Shown here in pieces: positions 53,339-62,980 of a stretch of DNA of 64,000 bases. Where the stretch lies: assembly GCF_029250625.1 (NCBI RefSeq), contig NZ_JAQXEX010000080.1. One strand, given 5' to 3'. Origin of the DNA: Poseidonia sp. GTDB taxonomy: Archaea; Thermoplasmatota; Poseidoniia; Poseidoniales; Poseidoniaceae. The translations under genes and the position numbers were made by a program. Numbering within the stretch: the stretch's first letter is position 1; each line of letters opens with the position of its first letter. The notes below the pieces were generated by a model. It did no database searches, was not told the origin of the DNA, and saw only the letters and a program-made list of their open reading frames with translations.

Positions 53339-55105
53339 TCACTTCTCATCAACAGATGCCTCGTGACATAAGATGAACGAACCGTCCTCTTGGAGTCGGG
53401 CATATCCAATTCGTTCCAACTGAACGATGGTTCCGGATTTGAGACTGTGCTTCTCAATCCGGCCTTTTTGTGTGTGAATCTCATTGTTCGATGTGGAGAT
53501 GAGGGTGCCTTCTGTGCTGTTCCCTTCTGTAATCCAATGAACAATTGGACGTTTGTCACTTCGTTCAAAGGAAGTGATGATGGCTCTGGAGCCAACGAGG
53601 TCAACATCAGCAAATTCCTTCAATCTGAGGTGGCCCTTTTCAACATCTTCCTGTTCAATGTAAACGGTTCCATCCGTCATGTTCCACGTGCGCAAGCCCA
53701 TTGAATCATCGTTTGGATTGACGGGGTGTGAAATTGTCTCTGGGATTTTTGACCCCTCAAGGGAACACAAGACGGCTTCCCGAATGAAGGAAAGCCTCGG
53801 TGCTTTCGCGTCCACTACCTTCGTATTGTGAGCGTAAAGAGTTGAAAGGGGGACAGATATGTCCTTTTGCGTGATTCCTAGTTCAAGCCAAAACGCTCTC
53901 AGTGCTGCATCAGAGATGCCCCGACCTTTCAATCCTTCAAGTGTGGGCAATCGTGGATCACCCCATCCGGGATATCGGCCTTCTTCAATATCCAATCTCA
54001 TTTTTGAAGTGGAAAATCCGCCCCATTCATGGACCTTGACACGACCCCAGTACATGGTTTCTGGATACTTCCAACCAAAGTGTTCGTAGAGGAGGGTTTG
54101 CTTGCGGGTTGAATCCATGAGGTCTTTTCCTCTAACGATGTGAGTGACTCCCTGAAGATGGTCTTCAACGGCACTTTGGAAATCAAGCAGTGGCCAAACG
54201 ACGTACTTTGAGCCCACTTCTTCCCTCGGGTGCGGGTGGGCTTGGGTATCTTGTAGGCGGAGTGCAGGCCAATCTCGTAGAGCTGGATTCTTTAGCGTCA
54301 TGTCCGTTTTTACCCGAACAACCACGTCGCCTGGACTGAATTCACGATTGAGCATTTGCTCCCACAGCCCAATGTTTTCTGGGGTTGTTTGGTTCCGACA
54401 AGGGCAATCAGTCTTTCCAACTCGGTGTTCCTTAAACGCTTCAGCAGAACACTGGCAGACATAGCCATAGCCCTTCTCAAGCATCATGGTTGCATGTTCA
54501 TAATATGCTTCCATTCGGTCTGATGCGATGACCACACGGTCAGGTTTCCGCCCAGTAAGCCACGCAGTTTCTTCTTGAATGCGTTCGTATGCTTCAAGCA
54601 TTGGGGGTTTGACTTTGGTATCGGTATCATCAAAGCGAAGAATAAAGACACCATCGTACATTTCTCGGTAGGTGCTGTTGATGACAAGACCTCGTGCGTG
54701 ACCAAACGAAAGGGGGCCGTTGGGATTTGGCGCAAATCGAAGAACAACGTTGCCTTTCTTAGCATCTTTGAGTTCAGGAAGTCCTGTTCTGCGTTCTTTC
54801 ACCTCTCTCTTTTCCAGCAGATGAGGAGCCTCCTCAGACAGAATATCACGGAGCGATTCAAGACCCTCACTTGCAGCAGACGCATTTGCCTTGTTGACTT
54901 CTTGTGCAACCAAGCCCGTGACAACTTTACCGTGTTGACGCAGGTCTGCACGCATGCCCATGATTCGTCCAATCACAGAACCAATTGCTCCCTTGCCCTC
55001 GTATTCGATGGCATTTTGGATGGCTACATGACGGATTAAGTCCAGTGTGTCCTCATCAGGTGTCCAGTCCATGGCGCTCAAACCGCCCTGGTCGCATCCC
55101 TTCAT
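53339..55105 (-). CDS. gltX: glutamate--tRNA ligase (archaeal type)
   Basis: Class I signature RFAPNPNGPLSFGHARG (HIGH-like) and FSTSKMR (KMSKS-like). N-terminus is LIRHVAIQNAIEYEGKG. ATGA overlap with the rnhB stop. Confidence 0.9.
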   Translation of the reverse strand: MKGCDQGGLSAMDWTPDEDTLDLIRHVAIQNAIEYEGKGAIGSVIGRIMGMRADLRQHGKVVTGLVAQEVNKANASAASEGLESLRDILSEEAPHLLEKREVKERRTGLPELKDAKKGNVVLRFAPNPNGPLSFGHARGLVINSTYREMYDGVFILRFDDTDTKVKPPMLEAYERIQEETAWLTGRKPDRVVIASDRMEAYYEHATMMLEKGYGYVCQCSAEAFKEHRVGKTDCPCRNQTTPENIGLWEQMLNREFSPGDVVVRVKTDMTLKNPALRDWPALRLQDTQAHPHPREEVGSKYVVWPLLDFQSAVEDHLQGVTHIVRGKDLMDSTRKQTLLYEHFGWKYPETMYWGRVKVHEWGGFSTSKMRLDIEEGRYPGWGDPRLPTLEGLKGRGISDAALRAFWLELGITQKDISVPLSTLYAHNTKVVDAKAPRLSFIREAVLCSLEGSKIPETISHPVNPNDDSMGLRTWNMTDGTVYIEQEDVEKGHLRLKEFADVDLVGSRAIITSFERSDKRPIVHWITEGNSTEGTLISTSNNEIHTQKGRIEKHSLKSGTIVQLERIGYARLQEDGSFILCHEASVDEK

Positions 55106-55842
55106 GAAATGCTTGCATCATCTTCGTCAAACAGGGAGTGTTGAACGGTCCGAGGTGTACCGCGAACAGGAACGTCACCTTCGCAGTTGTTGCTCCAGTA
55201 ACGGGTCGCAGTGGCCCACCCCCACCGAACATCTTCATGAATTCCTTCATTGGAAATCAGAAGGTGAAGTGCATTTTTTGTATTCGGGTCGCTGGGGTAG
55301 CCCGACCCGACGGATTGACCGATCTTCACAGCGAGTTCTGCAACGCACCGGTCTCGTTCCTCTTTGGCCAGTATGCTTGCCATGCTCACTATTGGGAAAC
55401 GCTCGTCTGCTTTGTGGAAACTTTGCATTTCTGATTCCCTCCAGGGCCAAGTTGGAAGTTGTTTGGAGATTCGTTGAGTAAACCGTTGTTCGTTAACGTC
55501 ACAAGCATCGTTGGTGATGTTCACTGCTTCTCGTAACTCGAGTCCAGTCAATGCCTCTCCAAACGCTCTGACTTCAAGCCAATTAAGACCGTCAGCCATA
55601 AGGGCCATGTCAATTCGTTTTGGAGTGCAATTGATGAGCGATTTCTTCCATCCTCGTTCTTCCGCTTGTTCATTGAACCACGTTTCAATCTCTTTTCGTC
55701 GTTTGGAACTGAGATACTTTGAATCTTTGACACCTATGGCCTTGAGCAGCGGTATATCCTCTCGTGGAATGGCACATGCAGCAACCACGAGGGGGCCAAG
55801 AACTGGCCCTCTGCCCGCCTCATCAACTCCGACTTCCCACAT
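55102..55842 (-). CDS. rnhB: ribonuclease HII
   Basis: MWEVGVDEAGRGPVLGPLVVAAC is the classic RNase HII N-terminus (DEAGRG), with a later ASILAK motif. Confidence 0.92.
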   Translation of the reverse strand: MWEVGVDEAGRGPVLGPLVVAACAIPREDIPLLKAIGVKDSKYLSSKRRKEIETWFNEQAEERGWKKSLINCTPKRIDMALMADGLNWLEVRAFGEALTGLELREAVNITNDACDVNEQRFTQRISKQLPTWPWRESEMQSFHKADERFPIVSMASILAKEERDRCVAELAVKIGQSVGSGYPSDPNTKNALHLLISNEGIHEDVRWGWATATRYWSNNCEGDVPVRGTPRTVQHSLFDEDDASIS

Positions 55843-55852
55843 CGTGTATCAC

Positions 55853-58348
55853 CTAAAAATCCAGGTCGTCATCAACCTCTTTGGTCAGATTTGGTAACGG
55901 GACATGAGCCATCTCTGCGGGCTTGGATGGCGGGGCTGGCATGACATTGTGCGGGTCTTGACGAACGGTGAGGGCGGGTGAGTGGTTTTGTGGTTCTAAT
56001 TTCTGATTCAGTGGATGCGGTTGAGCAGCTCCCTTTGCCTGAATTTCTCCAAGCAAAGAATCTGCTTTTTCCAAACTGGCTTGGGTGGTCCTGGCGTCAA
56101 GAACTAACGTGGCGGCTTCCCTGAGCCCTTCCTCAACAGGTGGTGGTGAAGGTTTCGCAGTTCCTGCTTGTTGACGGAACACTGCTTCAAACGCTTCTTT
56201 TGGTACTTGAGGGGCATTGTTGACGACAGTGGGTTCTTTCGCAGGGGGGGATGATGGCTGGAATTTATTCATCCAATCCGATGCGTCAGATTCTACCTGC
56301 TGGTAAGGCAACATTGCATCGTTCTGGATCCTACGTTGGCGGTCTGTCAGGGCTTTGTAGATGATCAAACCGGAAAAGATGATGGCGAAAATCACACCCG
56401 ACCAAGCCTTCGTGTACGCCCAAGTAGTGGCAGCAATCTGGCTCCAATCTCGCCCCTCATCATTTTCTTCTGAATCCTGCCACGGTGTGCCCAAATAATC
56501 ACCTTGTGACGTGTGAGAAAACATTTGTCCCTCGGAAGAAAAAATAGAGGCGATGGTGGTATTGATGAACACCGTTCCGTTGCTTGTTTGGTCGGTGGGT
56601 AAGTCAACCCATGCACGAATGGTGAGGTTTGATCCCAACGGAACACCGTTGAGTTGGAAGGACCGTGGGTACTCAGTATCTTCGTCATAGACTGCCCCTT
56701 CCGGTGGAATCAAACCCATGGGGACCAAATGACTGGATTGGAGTTGAACAACAAATCCATCGATTGCATTTCCGTCGTTGCGAACCTGAAGGGCGATTGA
56801 TAAGCGATTTTTTGTATTGATATCCTCAACGATATTTCCCAATGACCAGTTCACTACCGGTGCTGCTTTGACCGGAATGCTAACGCTGTCCAAAACCGTG
56901 AGTTCATCACCGAGCAATTCAACGATGACTTCACCTTGAGTGAAGGCCAAAGTGCCTTCTGTCACGTTGATGTAGACATCAGAGAATGTCTTTGTCTGGC
57001 CGACTTGGGCGAGTATGGACTCTTGGGCGAGTGTGGCCGTAAATTCATCCGATACATCATCAATGCGAAGGCTGAACGAATTGTATGAATTTCCGGTGTT
57101 TTTGACGGTTAAACTGTTCCTGCAGGGTGTGTCTGAGATCAGCATTAAACATCCATCTTGAGTGAATGAAAGCGTTGCACTGGTTGTCCGGTTGATGCTT
57201 GCTTTGACTGTTGTCGTCTTGGTTAGTTGTTGAGCGCCGTTTGCAAAGACTTGCAACTCAACGTTTAATTCTCCACTGAATAGGTTTGGCGATTGAATTC
57301 CTATTTCGACCGTTCGGGATTCGTTTGGTTGGAGAAACACTTCTTCAAGTCCACCAAATAGGGCTACAGTCCATCCGCTGTAGTTGAATCGGTCCGATGC
57401 AGGATAGCCTTCCAGAGCCCCTCCTTGTTCGTCCAACCCTTGTAGCGTGATGTTCAATCGGTTTGGGGTGTTTCCTACGTTTCGCACTGAGACGAGTAAT
57501 CGACCGTCTTCTCCTGGTGCGAGTTCAATGTCTTCCCCAACTTCATCGATACTTACGTTGCGTTTTTCATTCATATGCAGGTCAAATGACCACGAAATCA
57601 TGGCCTTGTCCAGTCCTGAAATCGCAGTCAAGGTAAACCTCGGGCCAGTGCCTGCTAGGGGCATTCCATTTTCTACGGCTGGAATGTCAATCCAAAAATA
57701 GACGTAGGCAAGACTGTCCGGATCGAGGTCAAGGAAGGCATTTCCTTCGGGATTTGATTCGATGGTCCAACCCCAATTCCAACCGGACGGGCTGTACAGG
57801 TCAAACGTAACGTTATCCGGAAGCGAAGCATTGTTGGTGATGTTTACAGCCACTCCGGTTCGAACCAGTTCATCCACTGTGAGTACGGTTGTATTGTCAG
57901 AGCCGAAATTAAGATTGGAATAAGGGGCTATGGTGACGTTCATCCACACGGATTCAAAATAGTTCACATCATAATCAGTTGTCACACTGAATTCAATTTG
58001 GTGGGTGGCAAAGACTGCGTCCATGTCGGCCGAAATTCCAAAGACCATCTGTCTCAAGTGATTTGGGACAAGCACTTCAGAGAGGGGTAGGTTTTCAGCA
58101 TTCAACATCGACGGCATGGAGACCACAGAGATCGTAAACTCTTGATTGACGGTGGCGAGATTGTGCAGCGTGATGTAGGTGTTGACGGTTTCGTCCGGGT
58201 GGACAATCACTTCACTGGGCGCCGCAATTCCTGCGATGTCTCCTTCTCTTGCAATTGGCTCCGCTTCCGCATGAGCCATGGGAGCTAAAGTATGCAACAT
58301 AACAAGAAGCGCCAGCCCCATCCATCGCATGCTTCTCCGAGAGGACAT
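55853..58348 (-). CDS. surface protein with repeated CARDB/NPCBM-assoc-like domains, TM anchor and long Pro-rich cytoplasmic tail
   Basis: Signal peptide is MGLALLVMLHTLAPMAHAEA. Repeated units resemble V..N.GN....F.L (LLVSVRNVGNTPNRLNITLQG, SLTVKNTGNSYNSFSLRI, ALQVRNDGNAIDGFVVQL). TM is WSGVIFAIIFSGLIIY. The tail ends DDDLDF. Confidence 0.75.
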   Translation of the reverse strand: MSSRRSMRWMGLALLVMLHTLAPMAHAEAEPIAREGDIAGIAAPSEVIVHPDETVNTYITLHNLATVNQEFTISVVSMPSMLNAENLPLSEVLVPNHLRQMVFGISADMDAVFATHQIEFSVTTDYDVNYFESVWMNVTIAPYSNLNFGSDNTTVLTVDELVRTGVAVNITNNASLPDNVTFDLYSPSGWNWGWTIESNPEGNAFLDLDPDSLAYVYFWIDIPAVENGMPLAGTGPRFTLTAISGLDKAMISWSFDLHMNEKRNVSIDEVGEDIELAPGEDGRLLVSVRNVGNTPNRLNITLQGLDEQGGALEGYPASDRFNYSGWTVALFGGLEEVFLQPNESRTVEIGIQSPNLFSGELNVELQVFANGAQQLTKTTTVKASINRTTSATLSFTQDGCLMLISDTPCRNSLTVKNTGNSYNSFSLRIDDVSDEFTATLAQESILAQVGQTKTFSDVYINVTEGTLAFTQGEVIVELLGDELTVLDSVSIPVKAAPVVNWSLGNIVEDINTKNRLSIALQVRNDGNAIDGFVVQLQSSHLVPMGLIPPEGAVYDEDTEYPRSFQLNGVPLGSNLTIRAWVDLPTDQTSNGTVFINTTIASIFSSEGQMFSHTSQGDYLGTPWQDSEENDEGRDWSQIAATTWAYTKAWSGVIFAIIFSGLIIYKALTDRQRRIQNDAMLPYQQVESDASDWMNKFQPSSPPAKEPTVVNNAPQVPKEAFEAVFRQQAGTAKPSPPPVEEGLREAATLVLDARTTQASLEKADSLLGEIQAKGAAQPHPLNQKLEPQNHSPALTVRQDPHNVMPAPPSKPAEMAHVPLPNLTKEVDDDLDF

Positions 58349-58423
58349 TCCCTTTCAATGACTTGCTTAATTTGTTCAATGCTCTTTCGCAGGTTTCTTC
58401 AACAGGGAAAGGCTCGGGGGACC

Positions 58424-58816
58424 ATGGCTCCTATATGGCCCTTCAAGAAAAAGCAAGAGGTTCTTGAATTGGATGAGGCCCCGCCCGCCTCAATTACCTA
58501 CAAAAAAGGCGAAGACCCGAACGCTCGGGCACCTTCGACAACGGTTGATGCATCTGCTTACAAAGATGCACTCGCATTGTTTGGTGATGGTTCTTCTGCG
58601 GTTGAGGCAGCCACTGACCAATCAGTCAATTACGACGGTATTACTAGCCAATCAAGCGAACCAGTTCAAACACAAGCCGAAGAATCCAGCACAGAGCCTT
58701 CGTTCACTTGGGTTCACCATACCGATGGCTATCATTACAAAAAGAAGGCTGATGGAAGTTTCGAACCCACTCCGCACAGCAAAGACGGTGACGGTAGATA
58801 CGTGCCTTACTCTTGA
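58424..58816 (+). CDS. hypothetical small acidic protein
   Basis: ATG at 58424 (MAPIWPFKKKQEV...). The upstream part of the track ORF overlaps the divergent gene. Ends ...FTWVHHTDGYHYKKKADGSFEPTPHSKDGDGRYVPYS. Confidence 0.4.
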   Translation: MAPIWPFKKKQEVLELDEAPPASITYKKGEDPNARAPSTTVDASAYKDALALFGDGSSAVEAATDQSVNYDGITSQSSEPVQTQAEESSTEPSFTWVHHTDGYHYKKKADGSFEPTPHSKDGDGRYVPYS

Positions 58817-59484
58817 ACAAACAACCTCGGGATGGGCGTTGACAGATCTGGACCATCGTTTGCAGTGTTGTTGACGCGTTGCGATACGGGGTAGCGGTCA
58901 ATACGACCGTCTGATGTTGGAGTCAATACCAATGAACCGTCAAGCCATGATTGCATCTGATGCGTCTCAATCAAAACCGGCATCCGTTGATGGACCTCTC
59001 TGCAATCGTGATTGGCTTCCGTCGTCAATACCGTGAAAGATTCCAGTGAAGAACCCTCATGATTCCATGATTCCCACAAGACCGCCATGTAACATGTTGA
59101 TTCGTCCATGTTGAAATGGTACCACGGCGCTTTTCCCTGAGGAGTACCCATCCATTCGTACCAACCGTCGGCGGGTACGACTCCTCGCCGCTGTTTCCAT
59201 GCATTGCGAAACATGGGCTTCTCATGAGCGGTTTCACTCCGCGCATTGATGGGTTCCCTCGGCGACACCTTGGCCCATGACGGGCGCAAACCCCAACGCA
59301 TCAAGCGCATGTGGCGGGGGACATTCTTTTCGCTGTGGACGCCGGTTTGGGTGATGACAGGTACCCATTGTTGGGGAGATACATTCCATGATGGATTAAA
59401 GGGAGTCAGTTGTGAAAGAGGTTCACTCAGTGCCTCTCTTGCGATTTCTTCAATGGGTCGTCCCAATGAAAATCGCCCGCACAC
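58807..59484 (-). CDS. SOS response-associated peptidase (SRAP/YedK family, abasic-site processing)
   Basis: MCGRFSL N-terminus with the catalytic Cys2. ARSETAHEKPMFRNAW and PADGWYEW motifs are typical of SRAP. Confidence 0.88.
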   Translation of the reverse strand: MCGRFSLGRPIEEIAREALSEPLSQLTPFNPSWNVSPQQWVPVITQTGVHSEKNVPRHMRLMRWGLRPSWAKVSPREPINARSETAHEKPMFRNAWKQRRGVVPADGWYEWMGTPQGKAPWYHFNMDESTCYMAVLWESWNHEGSSLESFTVLTTEANHDCREVHQRMPVLIETHQMQSWLDGSLVLTPTSDGRIDRYPVSQRVNNTANDGPDLSTPIPRLFVQE

Positions 59485-59493
59485 GACGATTCC

Positions 59494-61248
59494 TCAGACA
59501 GGATCCTCGAGAAGCTCAACGAGGGCAGTGACGTCGATTTCAGCACCGTTAATCGGGACCCGAAGTTCATATTTCATCGCCACTGCTGGGTCGATTTCAC
59601 CAAAACAACCGACCCACGAATCGTTGATGATAAGTTTTGATCCACGTCCAGCGAGCCACGGCCCATCTCCATCTTCCAAAGGTTCTGCACGCCAGTTCGA
59701 CACCCCCAAATCGGTACAAAGGGCTTGAATTCTCCCCCTTACCGCAGCAAAGCCTCCACTGCGCTCAGCCATCAAGAAAGCCATCCGGTCCGAATTCTCA
59801 TGGTTTCTTACGACCGTCCCAAGTTCATAGACGCCTTGTGGTAGGTCGTGATGACGATTGGTTGCGAGTAAACGAAGCAATCCAGGCAGTAAAAATTGGC
59901 GTAGCATGGTATGGTCAACCGTAATGGGGTTCGTGATGATGGTGGACGCGTGGTCCTGATTCCATCGCATGTTAGTGAATTGGTCCGTCTCGTTTGAGAG
60001 TGTGAGTGATTGAATTTGCATCAATCCAAGACCTTGCATTGATTCTCGTAGACGACGCCTCATGTTGTGGTCTGGCCGGGGCTGAGCGGTAAGTTGTGCT
60101 ACCGGTTGGTCTTCTCCAAGGTCTTCGTAACCGTGGCCGATGGCGATATCCTCAACCAAATCCACGGGATGGAGGATGTCAAAGCGCCAACGAGGCATGT
60201 TGAATTCAAGCAAACGATTCCCTTCAGTTACATCGGACATTTTTGATGCACGTTTTGGTGAGCCTTCGGGGGCATCCTTCTTGCCGACAAAACGACCACC
60301 CATGCGATTGATTGCATGATGCAGTTCATCGTCCGAAAAGTTCCGGCCGAGTAGGCCTGTTACCAACTCTTCAGGGACGAGGTGGGATTTTCCAGTACCG
60401 TTTGGAGTCGTAATGACTTCACGGTCACAGGTTGTCACTTCAACGGTTTCAATTTGCCCGCCACGCTCTTGGAGTTGAAGGCAAATCAACATGAGGGATG
60501 CTTCGCAAGCGCGTTGGTCCCATCCCGTGACGTCAATAAAGAAATCACGGGTTTGTGTTGTGACCGTCGTATGGTTGCCGTTGATGATTGGAGGGAAAGA
60601 GAGGACCTCTTCATTCGAGTCAAGGATGAGCGGATAGGCGTTCATGCCCTCCAGCAAATGAGCATAATCAACACCCTTCGGATGCTGAGAGAGGATGGTG
60701 GTCATGTCCATCGGAGTCGCTTCACCGAGCGGTATGAATGAATGGCTACCTGGGGCGGCAATGACATTGAACGGTGGTTTGAGAGCGTTGAGATCGTGAA
60801 CACCGATTGAGGCTCGCTTTCGACCACGGCCGAGTGCAAAGTGCAATTTCTCTTGGTGATCCATGAGTGCTTTGATGAACGCTTCTTGCTCATCCTCATC
60901 ATCCGGCAAGGCTACCCCTTTGACAACCGCTCCCATCACGATGGGCCGGATGGTAGCCAAATCAGGTTCAACGTGCATTGTGATGCCACTTGGTTTGGTT
61001 TGTACCTCCGGTGTTGCCTGTGCTCCGTGGAGAAACGGCCGAATGGCGTATGCCAGGGTTTCCCCGCTGAGCAGGTCGGGTCGGTCGGGAAATATTTCAA
61101 TGTCAAGCGTCTCTTCGTCGCAGTTGTCAATGTCCGTGCCCATTAACGGAAGTTGGTCTCCCATCGTTACGACATCATGGACGATTCCATGTTGGCTAAG
61201 TAGTGCTCTTAGCAAGGATTGTGGGACAGATATGGTCGGCATCATCAA
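59494..61248 (-). CDS. pheT: phenylalanine--tRNA ligase beta subunit (archaeal)
   Basis: MPTISVPQSLLRALL start and B3/4-B5 style body. Length ~580 aa is typical of archaeal PheT. Confidence 0.88.
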   Translation of the reverse strand: MMMPTISVPQSLLRALLSQHGIVHDVVTMGDQLPLMGTDIDNCDEETLDIEIFPDRPDLLSGETLAYAIRPFLHGAQATPEVQTKPSGITMHVEPDLATIRPIVMGAVVKGVALPDDEDEQEAFIKALMDHQEKLHFALGRGRKRASIGVHDLNALKPPFNVIAAPGSHSFIPLGEATPMDMTTILSQHPKGVDYAHLLEGMNAYPLILDSNEEVLSFPPIINGNHTTVTTQTRDFFIDVTGWDQRACEASLMLICLQLQERGGQIETVEVTTCDREVITTPNGTGKSHLVPEELVTGLLGRNFSDDELHHAINRMGGRFVGKKDAPEGSPKRASKMSDVTEGNRLLEFNMPRWRFDILHPVDLVEDIAIGHGYEDLGEDQPVAQLTAQPRPDHNMRRRLRESMQGLGLMQIQSLTLSNETDQFTNMRWNQDHASTIITNPITVDHTMLRQFLLPGLLRLLATNRHHDLPQGVYELGTVVRNHENSDRMAFLMAERSGGFAAVRGRIQALCTDLGVSNWRAEPLEDGDGPWLAGRGSKLIINDSWVGCFGEIDPAVAMKYELRVPINGAEIDVTALVELLEDPV

Positions 61249-61252
61249 TCAC

Positions 61253-62857
61253 CTAACGGGCAAACCAATGCGGGAGGGGTCGGTCATATCCTGAAAGTCG
61301 TAGCCCGCTTACAGAGGCCGTTTCATGGTCAAGCGCACGGAGGTGAGAACGTTCTAACAGGTCGATGCTGTCAACGCCTATGCGTCGCAGATGATGAGCG
61401 AGTTCTTCTTGGGTTCCTTGAAGCCAGTATGCAATGTCCATGCCGTCAGCCATCGGTGCTTCACAGGAAATGAGGTTAGCACCTGATGCAACCAAGACGG
61501 CCAAATCGTGACCGTTTGCAGCAAAGCCGAGCAGGAATCCCGTCTGAACAGAGGGCGTGGTGATGTGTGCCTTCTTCGACCGACCGGTCATGGGGAGCGC
61601 AGCCGCTTCGGAAAGCCCTGAGCCGTCTTCAATTCTGGCCATGGCAACATCAACCGAATGGTATTCAGCCCGTTGGTGAAGGGATTGAATCCGGCTGATG
61701 CCTTGGACAAACATCACAGGAGCATGTTCCTTTGCAAGTGAACGAAGAGCAACCAGCAATCCATCAACCTCTTCTGCGTTCATGTTGGGAAGGTTATCAA
61801 AATCAATGCCAAAGCCACCAGCGTTTGGAAGCTCTGAACAAACTCCCAAGAGGTTTGAATCGCTCACCAAGAATACATCCACTGGCCGCGGCTCGTTTGA
61901 AGTCATTACCGGATGTCGGTTCAGGACTTCCATAGCAGTTTCATCTCCAGTTGCATCACGTTCCATGCTTGATGCAGTCTCCACGTAAGGTAGCATTGGA
62001 AGAGGTAAAGCAAGAGATTGGACTTCTTCCGAAACTCCAACCAATGCAACGGTATCAACCGTAGCATATCGGGGAAGTGGTGGATTTTTGTATCCAAGCA
62101 ATCCAACTTGAGACAGGTCTCCCGCTGAGACGGTATGGCCAAAGGATTCCACTTTCAGTCCTTCCAAGGGTGTAAGGCAAACAGCGTCGCCTGGAACATG
62201 AAGGGTTTCATCGTCCAACAGAGTGTTGATTTCCTTAACTTCCTTGGCGGTTAAAGGCCTCAGCATAACACCTGGTGGTGGGGTGGGGCATCGTCCATTG
62301 ATGATGATGTGGCCGCCCTCCATCCCTGCTCCAGGGTCGGCGCCAACGTCGCCATGGACAACGATGAGGCCGTCTTTCATTCCTCCGCCAATACGTTGGC
62401 CTGAGGCGCCTCTTACGACTAAAATGCCTCCTTCCATGCACGCACCTGTGTCGTTTCCGCAGCCGTCAAGGATGGTGATAATTCCACTGCGCATCCTGTA
62501 CCCAGTATGATTTCCAGCCATGCGTTCACAAACGATGGTTGTACCGTCGTTTCCAGCCCCAAGGAAGGAACCAGCGTCACCCTGGACGGTAAATGAACCA
62601 CCGGTTCCAAAGGCCGAAACCCAAGAGCCCAAAACGCCGAGTGCACGGATTCGAGAGCCTTTTGGAAGCGCAGGACAGAGTCCGAGTTCTCCGTTTTTAG
62701 GGACTGCATCACCTGCGTTGGTCCATCCGATTCTAAGAATTGCATTTTGTTCTGCGGCAGCTTGCAAGCGAGGACCCAACTTTTCGTTGATGCTCATCGA
62801 CCGCTGAACCACATCAGACACATCCGCCATGTTCCTATGCTCATGGTTCCTGCTCAA
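61253..62857 (-). CDS. GXGXG-motif protein (glutamate synthase alpha-subunit C-terminal-domain-like) with a divergent GltS-like C-terminal half
   Basis: Beta-helix GXGXG repeats: VQGDAGSFLGAGNDGTTIV, LDGCGNDTGACMEGGILVVRGASGQRIGGGMKDGLIVVHGDVGADPGAGMEGGHIII. The C-terminal half (..LVASGANLISCEAPMA..) only loosely resembles the FMN barrel. Confidence 0.65.
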   Translation of the reverse strand: MSRNHEHRNMADVSDVVQRSMSINEKLGPRLQAAAEQNAILRIGWTNAGDAVPKNGELGLCPALPKGSRIRALGVLGSWVSAFGTGGSFTVQGDAGSFLGAGNDGTTIVCERMAGNHTGYRMRSGIITILDGCGNDTGACMEGGILVVRGASGQRIGGGMKDGLIVVHGDVGADPGAGMEGGHIIINGRCPTPPPGVMLRPLTAKEVKEINTLLDDETLHVPGDAVCLTPLEGLKVESFGHTVSAGDLSQVGLLGYKNPPLPRYATVDTVALVGVSEEVQSLALPLPMLPYVETASSMERDATGDETAMEVLNRHPVMTSNEPRPVDVFLVSDSNLLGVCSELPNAGGFGIDFDNLPNMNAEEVDGLLVALRSLAKEHAPVMFVQGISRIQSLHQRAEYHSVDVAMARIEDGSGLSEAAALPMTGRSKKAHITTPSVQTGFLLGFAANGHDLAVLVASGANLISCEAPMADGMDIAYWLQGTQEELAHHLRRIGVDSIDLLERSHLRALDHETASVSGLRLSGYDRPLPHWFAR

Positions 62858-62885
62858 ATATCCTCCCGTCTTTGGCCATCAAAAT

Positions 62886-62901
62886 GACCGTTCTAACGGT
62901 C
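62886..62901. promoter_or_regulatory. inverted repeat GACCGTT-CT-AACGGTC about 80 nt upstream of gap
   Basis: 7-nt arms, read directly. Located in the divergent region between the GXGXG-protein gene and gap. Confidence 0.2.
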
Positions 62902-62980
62902 GGTCTTTGTCAAGGATTTTGTCTCTTTATGGGAAGAAGTGTTTATTGAGGGCCTCAATGAGCAAGGCATGGAGAGGGTC

